DNA from: Camelus dromedarius
Lineage: Eukaryota
DNA length: 64,000 nt
Assembly: GCF_036321535.1 (NCBI RefSeq)
Contig: NC_087472.1
Span: forward strand, 91,328,001-91,392,000
Direction of reading: 5' to 3'
The notes beneath the pieces were generated by a model that had not been told where the DNA came from, did no database searches, and saw only the letters and a program-made list of their open reading frames with translations. Positions 1 through 14,259 of this stretch are shown here, one piece after another. Made by a program: the position numbers and the translations under genes. Numbering within the stretch: the stretch's first letter is position 1; the number at the start of each line of letters is the position of its first letter.

Positions 1-2213
1 ATTAAGATTCAGAGAAGCTTGGTGATTCTGCCAGGGATTTTCATATATGTGATGTCATTATATCTTTGAAAACTTGCAAAGTAGACATGACAAGTGATAT
101 TCCAATTTTACAAATAGGAAAACAAAGCACAAAGAGTTTATGCCTTGTTTGTTAGCACAAGAGTAATAAAGGACTATTCCAGGATTTTTGTATTTTTTCC
201 TGTACTGCGTGACCCTTCATGAATTTTTTACTGATCTGAAGGAAATGACAGTTAAGGGATAATAATAAAAAATAAATAAATCAGCATTTCACTCTTTTCT
301 TAAGCAACCCAGTAAGGAGGTGGAAAGGGTTCTAGACTGGAGTTTGAGACATATTTCCAGCAGTTAATGGCTGAGTGACCTTTGGGCTAACTTTTTACAT
401 GTGTTCATCTTTGAGGTCATAAGCCTGGAATTTGACCTGTCTCCCAGGGTTGGTACAAAGCTCAAATGAGATAACTGATGGGAAAATGCTGTGTAGACTG
501 CTAAATCTTAACTGATTATATGGTGAAAACATATTCTTGATGATCAATGTTTTAGAAATGCAGGGGATAATAAAAACATTAACTTTTAGGTACTAATCTA
601 ATGAGAGACTTCTGTAACTTATAAAGGAGGATTTGACAACTTTTTAACAGCAGAAATGATAATCCTGGACACAAGAAGAAATATATATGCTCTTGTTTGG
701 GAAGACAATATAATAGAGAAGGTATTTCAGAAATTAATTTACAGAGTCAGTACATTACCAATTAAAATCTCAACAGACTACTTAACAGAACTTGACTACC
801 TGTCAACTTTTTATGGAAAAACATTCAACCAATGTTTCTACAAAAAAAGATAACAGTGTAGGATTTACTCTGCCAAACTTTTAAATAACTGTCACAACTT
901 TCTGCACTATCTTAAGTAGAGAAAATAGAACGGTGAGGTAGAATAAATTTTAAAAGTAGACTAACATTTTAAGATGTCAATATATGGCAAGTCAATGACA
1001 CAAAATAATAAAAATGAATCACTAATAAATGTGCTAAGGAGAATGGAAAGGAATACACAGAAAAATTAATTTCTAGTAATATCTTGTATCACATCCTAAA
1101 TACATTTTAAATTAAAGAGTTAAATATTAAAAAGCCACCTACAAACAATGCCAGAAGAAAACAGGATCATAAATCTTAAAATGCTTGTGAAAGGGAGATA
1201 ATTTCTTGATAATTAAATGAATAAAATATCCATTGTAAAATGGATAAAATAAGAAATGAAATGTTTTCCTATAACAATGAATACTAAAATGAAAACAACT
1301 GGATGAGAAAGTTGTTTGTATTTGATACGTAGGAATAAAAATTTTAGCCCCAAAGTATGTAAGTAAGAGAGATACTGGTTTATAAAGGCAGTAACTACTT
1401 TCTAATGGCAGCATGGTCAAAGAATAGGAATATACAATTACATAAGAAGAAATATATGTAGTAATCAAAGGTTACTCAACAGTTAAGCTTCCAGAAGAAT
1501 TTAAAATTTCGTGAATTAGAGCAACTATAAGATGTCATCGTAACTATATTTAATTAGTAAAAATAAATCAATTTAAATAGGTCATTTGATGACAAGGAAG
1601 TGGGGAAAAAAGATATTTCTATACAGTGGTGATAGAATGTGGGCAATCCTTCCGAAGGAAATATTTCAAAAGAAAAGAAAAGAAAAAGACCATTTTGGAC
1701 AAAGGCATTTACATTTGCATACCATATTCCAGTCAAAACTGGAAATGATCTGATCTGATAACTTAATTTTAAAAAGTTTAAAAAAAAACTGGAAAGATCT
1801 GAAATACTGCTGTGGAGAAATTACTAGACAAACTGTGACATGTTTGGCAATGGATTAATATTCTCATTAGAAATGACAGATGTTAGGACCATATAAATAT
1901 GTGGAAATAAATACATAAAATAATGTTAAGTAAAACAAATAAACAATGTATAGATGTTGATACCAGCCTTACAAAATTTATAGTATAAACAGTGGGCTTG
2001 GAAAGGACCCTGTTGCTAAAAAACAAATGATTTTAAAATGAAGGTTTCCTCTCTCATTTAATTATTTTGGTATGACTTCATTTTATGCCATGTATAAACA
2101 CAAAGATATGAAAATACATTAAAAACCAGAGATAAATAAAATTCTTCCCTAGTGCTGTGAATTATTATTATCTATAAAATTTTTTCCACATTTATAAATT
2201 ATGGTTTATTTAC

Positions 2214-2549
2214 TGCTATAGATTGAATTTTTGTGTCCCATTAAAGTTCATTTTGTTGTGACCTAATCCCCAATGTCATAATGTTTGAAGGTGGGACCTT
2301 TGGGAGATGACATAAGATTAGTGGCCTTATGAATGGGGCCTCACAGAGCTCCCTTGTCCCTTCTGCCATGTAAGGTTATAGTGAGAAAGACGGCTATAGA
2401 AACTAGGAAGGGGGCTCTCATCGGACACCAAATCTGCCGGTGCTTTGATCTTGGAATTCCTGGGCTTCCAGAACTGTGAGAAGTAAGTATTTGTTGTTTA
2501 TGTCACCCAGTATGCTATTTTGTTACAGCAGCCCTAATGGGCTAAGATA
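2214..2549 (+). mobile_element. MaLR solo LTR (MLT1A-like)
   Basis: Starts tgctatagattgaatttttgtgtccc, contains ggtgggacctttgggag, ends tttgttacagcagccctaatgggctaagata. Confidence 0.8.
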
Positions 2550-2879
2550 CTTATTATTTATGATTGTGATATCCATTGATCTTTTTTTCTTTTATCAACT
2601 CAATTTGTAAACCTGGAACTAGATATATTCTTAGAGATTACTAAATCCAACCTTCCCATTTTGAGAATGAGGACAGTGAGGCCCAGGGAGATTAAGGGAC
2701 TCCTCAAAGCCACAGAACTTGTCAGTTACTAATTAATATTTAGATTATATACAAGCATTATTTATTTTCTTATAAACACATTTGTCATACCTCCAAATAA
2801 GCATGTTATCCATCAGAGTAACTCAATGTCAGAAGTATTACCTCAACCTTGCTTATAATTAAAGAAATAAAAATCAAAG

Positions 2880-3520
2880 TAATAAAATGTTATGTATCAC
2901 TTATAAGGTTACTGATAAATTAAAAATGTATTATGATATCTAGTGGGAGTTCAGGGAAATAGGCATTCACATATCATGTTGGAGTGAGTGTCAGTCAATA
3001 GCAGGGATTTCTGGAAGGCAATTTTGGCAACAGCTACCAATATTTAAATGTACTTTTCATCCAGAAATCCCACTGTTAGGAATTTACCCTAGAGATATAC
3101 TTGGAAAAGTTCTTCAAAATATGTCCAAAAGGATGTTCATAACAACATTATCATATAAGGAAAAAAAAAAAGAAACCACTAAAGCACTGATTAATTGAAA
3201 ACTGGTTAAATTAATAGGGACTATCCTTCAGGTGGAGTACTATACAACCACTAAAAATGAAACTGAGTGTGTCAAATTAGGAACGGTCCATAAGATATAT
3301 TATTAAGAAAAAAAGAGGTACATAATCATGAATGGTCCCTGGTGTATATGGAACATACATACACAAACACATACAAACATACACACAGACACAAATGTAT
3401 GAATTCTAGAAGAGAACACAAGAAACTTTGACTAGTAGTTGCCTTTGGAGAGAGGGATATGGAAGAAGGGAAGAAGGAAATCCTTTACTTAATATTTTAT
3501 CTCAATTTGTACAGTGTAGA
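2880..3520 (+). mobile_element. Old L1 (L1ME-like) 3' end fragment
   Basis: cagaaatcccactgttaggaatttaccctagag and gtagttgcctttggagag motifs. Boundaries approximate. Confidence 0.6.
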
Positions 3521-3931
3521 TTTTCTACTCCGTCACACCCATTACTGACAGTTTTAAATTGCCATCAGAGTTCTTGGAGGTTGTGGAGTCATTAGTCAAT
3601 ATTTTTTTCTTTATTTTTCTTGTTTGAACTTTATACTTCTCTGTATATTTTCTTAATATTTTCCTGATAGAAAGAATAAGTATTTTAACTTTTATATTGA
3701 GTTACATCATGTGAAAGGACCTAGAAAAATGTTCATGGAATTTTATATGAAAAAAGCACATTGCACAGTGAAATTTTTCATTAAAAAAAACCTGGGGAAG
3801 GAGACCTATTACATTATAAACTTGGATGGGCAGTATTAGTGAGGAAGAACAAAAAATCTCTTTTTTCTAAAAATAAAAATGCAGTAAGGTAAAAAAAAAT
3901 TTTAAATATCACCAAGAAGCCATATGGGACC

Positions 3932-4397
3932 TGTATTATTTTCCTATTACTGCTGTAACAAAATACCAAAAACTTAGTGGCTTAAAGCTACACACATTTA
4001 TTATCTTATAGTCCTGAGGTGAAAAGCCCTGAATGGATCTCACTGAGGTTAAATCAAAGCAGGATCCAGAAGAGAATCTGTTTTCTTGCCTTTTCCAGCT
4101 TCTCGAGGTATAAAGCTTCCTTTATGCCAGGCCACCTTCAAAGTCAGCAATGGCCAGTCCAGTCTTTCTCACATTGCATCACTCTGACACTCTCCTGCTT
4201 CCATATTTAAGGACCCGTTTGATTATAATGGGTCCACTGAATAATCCAGGAAAAATTCCCTATCATAAAGTCAACTGATTAGCAACCTTAATTCAACCTG
4301 CAACCATAATTCTCCTTTGCCATGGGATTAGAATTTGGGATTGCTCAAGGGATCAGGACATGGACATTTGGAGGGGACCATTATTCTGCCTACCACA
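3932..4397 (-). mobile_element. MaLR solo LTR (MLT1D-like)
   Basis: tgtattattttcctattactgctgtaacaaaatacca ... ccattattctgcctaccaca, the reverse of TGTGGTAGGCAGAATAATGG. Confidence 0.8.
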
Positions 4398-4841
4398 AGA
4401 CACGAGGACGATGGCCACTTCTGGGACTATATAGGAATGCTCCCAACGTGAGCCAGAGGGGCTGGAATGCTAGTAATTTATCAGAAGAGGCTGAATGTGG
4501 TTTTATAATCCTACCATGACAGTACCTCAATCTAGTGTAGCCTGAAGGAAAACTTGTTATTATGCTAAGTTATTCCTGAGTGAAGCTGGGAAGCAGACAG
4601 GACTCCCAGTTGTTCAATTCCTTTATCTTTTCCCCCTTCCTTTTATTTTAAGATGTATTTGCTGGCCCTATGTCTGCATCAGTGCTTTTGCCCTTCTGTG
4701 GAATCCTTCATCCACCGACACTACCATATTCTTAGTGTGAAAATACGCCACCACAGTACTCTTGTCCTTGGTACACTTCCTGAGAAAGTTCTGCCACTCA
4801 CAAGAGCCCCTGCTAAAACACACTATCATCATCACTCTTCA

Positions 4842-5377
4842 CTGACAAAAGATATAAGTTAAGTGTGAATGAAAAATATTGCCAGCCATATCAGTAAACA
4901 AAGAATGTTGTCTGTGGCCATCAAGTCATCAGCTGCTACTGCCACCCTCAACAGGGAGAGGAAGGAATTTAGGATGCAGACAAGCAGGCAGCCTGCCCTC
5001 TGCAGCCACGCACAACCATGCACCCTGAGGGAACTCAGGATATATAAGAACAGAATCCTGGCCCTAGATAGCTAAGGTGCATATTAAAGGAATGATTTTA
5101 ATGAGCCCAGACCTTTGCACATTCCCACATTCAGAAAAGCACTAAATTCCTTAACTTGAGATGTCTGGTTTTCTTTAATTAACAGTAATCTTTTGATGTT
5201 CTGACTACCTGGTCTTTGTTGCAAAAGCTCCTATATATCCTGGCTTCTACCTTGCCACTTTGGAGCAGTCCCTCAGAGTGATCTGAGATGCTGTGTCCTG
5301 GGCTCAAGTCCTAAGAAAATTCACTGACTAAAACATGGCTCTCAACTTTTAGATTGTACATTTTATTTCAGTCAACA
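4842..5377 (+). mobile_element. ERV-type solo LTR
   Basis: TATA-like ctatatatcc, degenerate polyA signal actaaa and terminal ttcagtcaaCA. The 5' boundary is approximate. Confidence 0.55.
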
Positions 5378-5576
5378 TTAGCAACTTATTTGAGGTGCAT
5401 ATATGTGACACACCCACAGACACACATACACAAAATTTATTTTACAGTTTTAGGTGGAAAAAGGAAAGGAGACTATAATTTGACTTGAAATAAAACACCC
5501 ATGCAAAATTCAGGAGTAAAGTTAATTTGGGGATAATAAGATAAACTGCTTCTAAAATTAAAATCATATGTTTTAG

Positions 5577-6048
5577 ACTCAGCCATAAAAAAGACTAAAA
5601 TAATGCCATTTGCAGCAACATGGATAGACCTAGAGATCGTCATTCTAAGTGAAGTAAGCCAGGAAGAGAAAGAGAAATACCATATGATATCACTCATATG
5701 TGGAATCTAAAAAAAAAAAAAAGGACACTATGAACTCATCTCCAAACAGAAAGATTCCAAGACATAGTAAACAATCTTATGGTTACTGGGGAAAGGGGGT
5801 GGGAAGGGATAAATTTGGGAGTTTGAGATTTGCAAATGTTAGTCACTATATATAATAATAGATTAAAAAAACAAGTTTCTTCTGTATAGCACAGGGAACT
5901 ATATTCAGTATCTTGTAATAACCTTTAATGAAAAAGAATATGAAAACAAATATATGTATGTATATGTATGACTGGGACATTGTGCTGTACACCAGAAATC
6001 GACACATTGTAATTGACTATACTTGAGTAAAACAAAAGATTCTGAAAA
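5577..6048 (+). mobile_element. 5'-truncated L1 3' end
   Basis: gccatttgcagcaacatggatagacc L1 3'UTR. TSD aaaatcatatg(t/g)tttag at 5560-5576 and 6049-6065. Confidence 0.9.
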
Positions 6049-8110
6049 AAAATCATATGGTTTAGGAACATCAATTCTTTCCTAAGGTCCCAGGTGCACA
6101 TTTTCATGAATAATTATGTAATTCTCCACTAAGCTTAATCTTCCCTTCCAATTTTGTGGCATTAGTAATATCCAACTCAGAATTTGAAAACAAGGTAAAA
6201 AAAAAAAAGTCACCATCTGAAATGGAGCTAGTATGAATCAAAATGGGGGAGATTAATTATGAACAAGAGTGATCTAACTATAGAGGCGGGATGGTTAGTA
6301 GGGTTATGAGGGAACTAATAAGCCAGAACTTAAGTGCAGGTCTTTGGACTTACAGTTCCGGAAGTTTTATTTTTTAAAGTGGAGACAAAATGTTTGTTCA
6401 CTTGTCGCATTTGAGAGGCATGGGCAAATCTTCAAGACTGAGGTGGCTGTCCAAATAGGGGAATCCCTCACGGTTGGCAAAAGTAGGATTCGAGTTTCCT
6501 GTTTGGAAGGACACTTCCTGAATTTGATCTACTTCATATTAGGTAAATGTGTGGGCCATAGCAGGCTCTCAGCAAATTTTGTGTCTCCAGCATAGTATTC
6601 TTACCAGGTTTAAAAGTGAAAAATATTAGAAACCAGGTGATAGTCTCCACCATGGTTGGTTCAGAAGGAAAGAATGCCAAGGGAAAATGGGTTGAGGAGG
6701 GGTTGGAGTGGTAAGGAATGGAGGTTATGCATGGCTCTGGGCCATGTCAATGCAGGGAAAAGCAGCTGAGAGACACACAGTTACTGTGTCATTTTCAAGG
6801 CAATATAAAGAATTTCTTTCATCTGCATGGGGCTCTTTACCTAATGAGGGTGTGTATGTTGGCTTGGGGGGATAAACAGGGAGCACATGCTTGTCTTTCT
6901 CCACGCAGCCCTACAAGAACATTCCTGTCACTCCTGTCTCTCTCTCCCATCTCCTCCCACTCTACCCACCAAGAGGAAAGACAGGAAGCAACAAAGCCCA
7001 CTTTAAACAACACATACTAAAAAGCCAAGTACCCTTGTGTATGTGTTATTTACATATGTTGCTACTGCTGATGACATAGCCTGAAATGGTTATGTAATCT
7101 GCTTGTGAAATGCACAACAAAGAAAGGCATTATCTACATTGGCAATTGTAAATTGCACCTATTTTTTTTCCCCTTAACTCAAAGAGTGACTGTATATTAT
7201 CTTGCCCATTAACTGTGGAATCTAGAGAAAAGGGCACATCACATGAAAAACAGAAGTTTTTATTGTGTTCAAATCTAAAGGTCAAACTTATGACTTTTAT
7301 AAAGCTTTATTTCCTGAGTTAATGGAAAAAATTCTTTAGCACTAGAAATTTAATGGTACCATGCTTTATTTTCTCTTTTCCAAATAAGGTTTACGTCATG
7401 GCCTATCTTTCCCGTCTGTGTTTTCTTATTGCTGAAAATTTTATGTTTGCACTGTGCTTATCCTGACTAGAGATCAAAACTAGTTAAATGTCTTTCAGCA
7501 AGGAAGAACATATTAAGAAATCACAAATCATCACTCTGTTTACATTTCCATTAAAAGAGGTGAATATTAGTTTAAATAAAACATACTTTTAGTCATTTCT
7601 TTTAATGAAAGTCATTTAGGGAAGCCACTTCAAAGCGATGGGAACATGACAATTCTGTATCTGTTTCTTACTCATTTTTACAACCGGAATCAAAGTTTAG
7701 TCAATGCTCTAACCTGCAGAAACTCCTAACTGAATAAACAACTGGATTTTTCATGTATTTAGTCTTTGTTGGGCAATATTTAATGAATTTGTTAATTGTT
7801 CTTTGGAAATTAAGAGGTAGTTACAGAAGACCAAGCAGGGAGTAGGGAAAATAATTACTCAGGTGAGAAAGTCCCCAAACTTTTCTTTTTTCTTTTATTA
7901 TTATTTATTTACTTATGTTTAACTCTTATTTTTTATTGAAGTGTAGTCAATTTACAATGTTAGCAAAAACTTAGTTTTAAGGCCCTAATTTATTAACTGA
8001 ATGACCACATGAAATTGAGGGGAAGTTTTATCTTTCCTTGACTTTTAAAGGACAGTTTTGCCTCCTGTAGTTAGTATTTCTGGTTCATAGTTTTTTTCTT
8101 TCAGCACTTT

Positions 8111-8244
8111 TTGTTGTTGTTGGGAGGAGGTAATTTGGCTTGTTTGTTTGTTTATGTTACTAGAGGTATTGGAGATTAAGCCCAGGACTTCACCATGCTA
8201 GGCATGTGCTCTACCACTGTTCTGTGCCCTGACCCCACCCTCTC
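8111..8244 (-). mobile_element. tRNA-Ala-derived SINE (Vic-1-like)
   Basis: Similar to the other four copies in the window. TSD tcagcacttt at 8101-8110 and 8245-8254. Confidence 0.85.
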
Positions 8245-8400
8245 TCAGCACTTTGAATATATCATCCCATTCTTTCCTGGGATGCAAGGTTTCTGCTGAG
8301 AAATCTGCTGATAGTTTTATGGGGGTCCCTTTATACATAATGAGTCACTCTTTTCTTGCTCCTTTCAAAATTCTCCTTATCTCTGACTTTTGACAATTTA

Positions 8401-8897
8401 TAGGCATCCCTTGAAGATATTGTGGGTTTGGTTTCAGACCACCACAATAAAGTGAATATCGCAGTAAAGTGAGTCACACAAACTTTTTGGTTTCCCAGTA
8501 CATATAAAAGTTATGTTTACCCTATACTGTATCTATTAAGTGTGCAATAGCAATACAACTAAAGAAACAATGTACCTACCTTAAATAAACAATCCTTTAT
8601 TGCTAAAATATGCTAACCATTATCGGAGCCCTCAGCACGTTGTAAGCTTTTTGCAACAGTAACATCAAAGATCATGGATCGATCATCAATCACCAAAAAA
8701 AATATAATAAGAAACTTTGAACTATTGCGACAATTACCAAAATGTGACACGGAGACATGAGGTGAACAAATGCTGTTGGAAAATGGCACTGGTAGACTTA
8801 CTCTATGTGGGGTTGCTACAAACCTTCAATTTGTAAAACAAAATGCAATGTCTGTGAAGCACAGTAAAGCAAAGCACAATAAAACAAGGTACATCTG
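8401..8897 (-). mobile_element. Internally deleted Tigger1-type DNA transposon
   Basis: Degenerate terminal inverted repeats taggcatccctt / aaggtacatctg, TA TSD at 8399-8400 and 8898-8899, and the Tigger1 motif cagaccaccacaataaagtgaatatcgc. Confidence 0.85.
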
Positions 8898-9035
8898 TAA
8901 CTATTACGTATATCAGTGTAGACCTTTTTAGGTTCAACCTATTTGAATCCTATGGGCTTCATGAATCTGGATGTCCATTTTTCTCCCCAGATTTGGGAAG
9001 ATTTCAGTCATTATTTCTTTTAATAAGCTTTCTGT

Positions 9036-9927
9036 TAGAGCTAAGGATATTCATCAACAAAACGAAAAGACAACCTACAGAATGAGAAAATATTTGCAAA
9101 TAATGCAACCGACAAGGGGCTAATTTCCAAAATATACAAACAGCTCATATACCTTAATAATGGAAAAAAAAAAAACAACAACCCCAGCAACCCAATCAAA
9201 AAATGGGCAGAACACCTAAATAGATATCTCTCCAAGGAAAACATCCAGATGGCCAACAAGCACGTGAAAAGATGCTCAACATCACCAATTGTTAGAGAAA
9301 TGCAAATCAACTACAATGAGATATCACCTCACACCAGCCAGAATGGACATCACTAAAAGGTCTACAAACAATAAATGCTGGAGAGGGTGTGGAGAAAAGG
9401 GAACCCTCCGATACTGTTGGTGGGAATGTAAATTGGTGCAGCCACTATGGAGGAGAGTATGGAGGGTCCATAAAAAACTAAAAATAGACTTACCATTTGA
9501 TCCAGCAATCCCACTCCCGGGCATATATCCAGATAAAAATGTAATTCAGACACATGCACCCCAATGTTTATAACAGCACTATTTACAATAGCCAAGACAT
9601 GGAAACAACCTAAAAGTCAATCAACAAGATGACTGGATATAAGAAGTGGTGTACACACACACACAATGGAATACTACTCAGTCATAAAAAAGAATAAAAT
9701 AATGCCATTTGCAGCAACTTCAATGGACCTGGAGATCGTCATTCTAAGTGAAGCCAGAAAGAGGATGAAAAATGCCATATGATATCGTTTATAAGTGGAA
9801 TCTAAAAAAAGGACAGAAATGAATTATTATTTACAACTTAGATGACTGATTTCTTCAATATGTGTAAGCACATTCAACTGCCCTTTATGAATGGATTACT
9901 GCATTCTGTTGATTCTTAAAAAAAAAA
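9036..9927 (+). mobile_element. L1 ORF2 C-terminus plus partial 3'UTR with variant tail and polyA
   Basis: ORF2 remnant (RYHLTPARM...[23 protein letters not shown]). TSD aagctttctgt at 9025-9035 and 9928-9938. Confidence 0.9.
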
Positions 9928-10737
9928 AAGCTTTCTGTCCCTTTCTCTTCTCTTTCTGGGATTTCCATGCTGCATGTATTGGTCTGAGGGCTGGAAGCTC
10001 CTATTTCAGCATCTTGCTGATGTCACTTCTCATTAATAATTCTTTATAACACACATTCTCTGTGTGCTTTTTCTTTTCTGACTGGACTTAGACTGATATG
10101 CTTCGCAAACCATTTCTCTCTCTTTATTCTTTTCCTTCGGCAGGAGATGAGGCCTTGCCCTAAGTATTTGCCAAATTCCCCAGCAGAAATAATCAAGTCA
10201 CAGCACCCATTAGTCTCTTCTGGAGTTGTGCAGATTTTGTAGCTTTAGGAACTCCTAATTTCAATATGCCTTTCTTTTCCTTCTCGTTACCACTGCTCCA
10301 AGGCAGATAAGCTCAGACTCTGGTGGTCTCTACTGTGGGAAAGGGGTCATAGAAAAAGGGGACATGAAGAGTGAGGGGCTCTGGTTGATCTTCTAGAGAA
10401 TTTAAAATCAAACACAACCTGCCTTCACAAAAATTAATTTTCTTCCAAATGGCTGCCTATAAGAGACAAAAGACAAAGGCCTATAAGAGAAATTGATTTT
10501 TCTAATACCTACTTGACTTTTATTTATTGGGAAATAAAACCCTAGTTTTATTACCTTAAAAGAACAACTGCCACCTCTTATTTACATTATATTAATTAAT
10601 TTGACAAATTGCAGGCCTAATTTACATTACAAAGCATGCCACATTATTTGATAATAACTAGTCACAATGATTGCAGTCTCTTTCCTCACTGAAATGTGTG
10701 TTTATGTATCTTTTCAATTTTAAATTAAAAAAACTTC

Positions 10738-11122
10738 TTAAGTCAGACAAATATCATACGACATCACTTATATGTGGCATAAAAATATGATAGAAATGAA
10801 TTTATTTACAAAACAGAAACAGACACACAGACATAGAAAACAAACTTATGATTACCAAAGGAGAAAGGTAGGGGGAAGAGGGATAAATTAGGAGTTTGGG
10901 ATTAGCAGATACAAACTACTATATATAAAACAGACAAACAACAAGGTCCTTCTGTACAGCACAGGACACTCCATTCAGAATCTTGTAATAAACCATAATG
11001 GAAAAGAATATTAAAAAGAATATATATATATATAACTGAATCACTTTATTGTACATCAGAAACTTAACACAACATTGTAAATAACTATACTTCAATCAAA
11101 AAAAAGAAAAAATTTTTAAATG
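10738..11122 (+). mobile_element. L1 3' end
   Basis: L1 3'UTR with A-rich tail, flanked by aaaaaaacttc duplications. Confidence 0.85.
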
Positions 11123-11429
11123 AAAAAAACTTCAACTTTAGGGAATAAAACAGGTTACTAATAAAATATATTTAGAAATAATGTATAAAATGAGCAATGA
11201 TTGGCATTTATTTCTAAAATTGCTTCCCCTTTCTGCACTAACTTTTCAGTTGGTTGAAGTTATTTTTATATTCTTTTAACCCACAAGGCAGCTGCTCTTT
11301 GACCATGTCCCTCATTCTGCTCATTACTTCTCAGTCTTTTGCAATAATGCCAAAGTACCAAATGTAACAGTGAACATCTTTTGGAATACAGCAAACTAAT
11401 TTACTGCAGGAGAAAATTTTTCTATATTT

Positions 11430-12690
11430 TTAATAGCTTTATTTAGCTATAACTGACATGTAATGAAGTTCACGTATTTAAAGTATATAACTTAATGTGT
11501 TTTGACATATGTACACACTCATGAAATCATCACCACAATCAAGATAATGAACATTTTACTCCCAAAAGGTTCTTTATGCCCCTTTGTAATTCTTCTCTCC
11601 TGTACTCTCCACCTCTATTTTTCCAGGCAACCACTGGTGTATTTTTTGTTGCTATTGATTAATTTGTATATTTTAGAGTTTTATGTAAATGGAACCGTAC
11701 AGTATGTACTCATTTCTGATTGGCTTTTTTAACATGGAAAAATTACTTTGACATTCACCCATGTTGTTGTATGTATTACTGCTGTATTCCTTTTTATTGT
11801 TTAGTAATATTTCATTGCATGACATACCAGAATCTTTTAATTGACTCAGTTGTTGACGGACATGTGAGATATTTCTAGTTTTTGGTTACTACAAGTAAAA
11901 TTGTAAAGTATGAACATTTGCATACAAGTCTTTGTGTGGATATGGGCTTTTATTCCTCTTTCATTGGGCAAATAACTAGAAGTAGAATAGTTGGATCATA
12001 TGGTTGGTATATGTTTAATATTTGATAAACTGTAAAACAGTCTTCTGAAGTCATTGTATCATTTTATATTCCCACCATAAATGTATGAGAGCTCTAGTGG
12101 CTTCACATCCTCACCAAGACTTGGTATGGTCAGTCATTTTAATTTTTGACGTTCTAATAGGTGTGTAGTAGTAGTTCATTTTAATTTTAATTTGCATTTC
12201 CTTGAACTAATGATGTTGAACATCTGTTTATGTGCTTATCTGACATCCACTTGTCATCTTTGGTGAAATATCTATTCAGTTTTTTGGCCTATTTTTAAGT
12301 TGGGTTGTTTGTTTTCATATTATTGAGATGTGAGAGTTCTTTATATATTCTGAATACTAATTATTTTAACATATGTGCAATTTGCATATATTTTCTCCCA
12401 GTCTGTGGCTTGTCTTTTTTTTTAATAGTTTTTTTTGGGGGGGTGTTGGAGGTAATGAGGTTTATTTATTTTTTAAATGGAGGTACTAGGGATTGAACTC
12501 AGAACCTTGCTCATGCTAAGCATGCAATCTACTGCTTGAGCTATCCCCTCCCTCTGCGGCTTGTCTTTTTATGCTCTTAACAGTATTTTTTTGAAGAGCA
12601 GAAATTCTTAATTTGGTTGAAGTCCAATTTATCATTTCTTTTATGCAACACGGTTTTACTTTCATATATAAGAAATCATTGCCCAAATGA
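11430..12690 (-). mobile_element. Old L1 (L1MB/MC-like) 3' region
   Basis: catgaaatcatcaccacaatcaagata and taatgatgttgaacatctgtttatgtgc motifs. Contains a SINE at 12420-12553. Confidence 0.8.
12420..12553 (-). mobile_element. tRNA-Ala-derived SINE (Vic-1-like)
   Basis: TSD ctg(t/c)ggcttgtcttttt at 12403-12419 and 12554-12570. Confidence 0.88.
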
Positions 12691-13329
12691 ACCTTAAATT
12701 TCATCATCTTTACATAGAATGAAATCTTGGCTACCAGAGCACATCAATTAATACAGTAGTTTATATACATGACAGTTGCCTATGTCAGTCTAAGATCTGA
12801 TGACTCACATTTTCCTTCCATGGACTTTCTATTTCTTCAAAATTCAGTATTTATGGAGCAGCTAAATTTCTCTCTTCAAAAGACTATTAGCAAAATGACA
12901 ATATAGTTCAAAGAGGTATTAACTAGATAGCATACCTTGAGCTCTGGTTTCAGATCGAACTAAATTTAAATTTTGGCTTTATTACTTACCAGCTGTATAA
13001 CTGTGCCTCAGTTTCCTAATTTTTAGAAGTGGGAATATGACTACTATCTAATTCATGGGGCCATGGAAATGAAAAAATGAAACAAAACCCTGTAAAGGGC
13101 TTAGTAGTGAGCTTCACACATGGAAAAGCTTCAGAAATTATATTATTGTCTCAGATTAAAACCAGAACACTGGGAATGTTTTCAAGGGAGTATAGCACTT
13201 TCAAAAAGATAAAATTTCTGATTTTCCTAAGAAAATAACAAATGGAAGTAGGCTGTTGGAGTCTGGTAACCTTGGCCCTCTGAGGATGACTGTCTTGTCT
13301 TAAACCATAGTCTCCCTGGCTCCTTCTTG

Positions 13330-13716
13330 CGGCCCCATTCAATATGAGCTTTGTTCATTCCTTGAACACATCATACTTTCTCTCAGCTCTGAGCCTATAA
13401 GCATGCAGTTATTTCTGCTCAGTTTCTTCACTCCCAAGTCTCAGCCTGGAAGATTGCATCTTATTCAAGTTTCAGTTGAAATGTCATTTTCTGGGGAGGC
13501 TCTGCCTGATCAGGATTAGGTCAGGTTCCCTCTTATTACCCACTCCGTGTCATGTGTATTTCTTCTTTTCTTACATTTGCCATCATTGTTATTATCTGTT
13601 TAGGACCTGACTTCTACATGACACCAGACGATCCCTGATCCTAGGGACCTCCAGCTCTATTTACCATGCCTAGCACAGGGCCTAGACAAGAATAGATGCT
13701 CAAAAGTATTTGCTGA
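13330..13716 (+). mobile_element. L2 3' fragment
   Basis: ttcaagtttcagttgaaatgtcattttctgggg ... ctagcacagggcctagaca ... gctcaaaagtatttgctga. Confidence 0.6.
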
Positions 13717-14190
13717 TTTTTTCATGTCCCTATTGGCCATTTCTATGTCTTCATTGGAAAACTGCTTGTTCAGATCTTCTGCCCATTTTTGGATTGGGTT
13801 GTTTGTTTTTATGTTATGAAGTAAGCCAGAAAGAGAAAGAAAAATACGACATGATAGCACTTACATGTAGAATCTAAAAAAAGACACAAGTGAACTTATT
13901 TACAAAAAAGAAATAGACTCACAGACACACAGAACAAACTTCTGGTTACCGGGGGAGAAGGGGGTGGGAAGGGATAAATTGGGAGTTCAAGATTTGTAAA
14001 TACTAACTACTATATATAAAACAGATAAACAACAAGTTTATAATTTATAGTACAGGGAACTACATTCAGTATCCTGTAGTAACCTATAATGAAAAAAATA
14101 TGAAAAGGAATATATGACTGAAACATTATGCTGTATACCAGGAACTGACACATTATAAACTGACTATACTTCAATTTAAAAAATGGAAAA
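13717..14190 (+). mobile_element. L1 with 5' inversion
   Basis: Antisense ORF2 piece at 13717-13816 joined to a sense 3'UTR. 15-bp TSD aaaagtatttgctga at 13702-13716 and 14191-14205. Confidence 0.9.
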
Positions 14191-14259
14191 AAAAGTATTT
14201 GCTGAAATTATTGAGGCAAAATCCCACAATCAATAGTACAACTCGGCCAGCACGTCCAG

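Larger units (their letters stand above)
8030..9035 (-). mobile_element. Old antisense L1 fragment hosting a SINE, a Tigger and a younger L1; resumes at about 9930-9985
   Basis: aaggtttctgctgagaaatctgctgatagt and ttctccccagatttgggaag L1M-type motifs. Confidence 0.7.
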
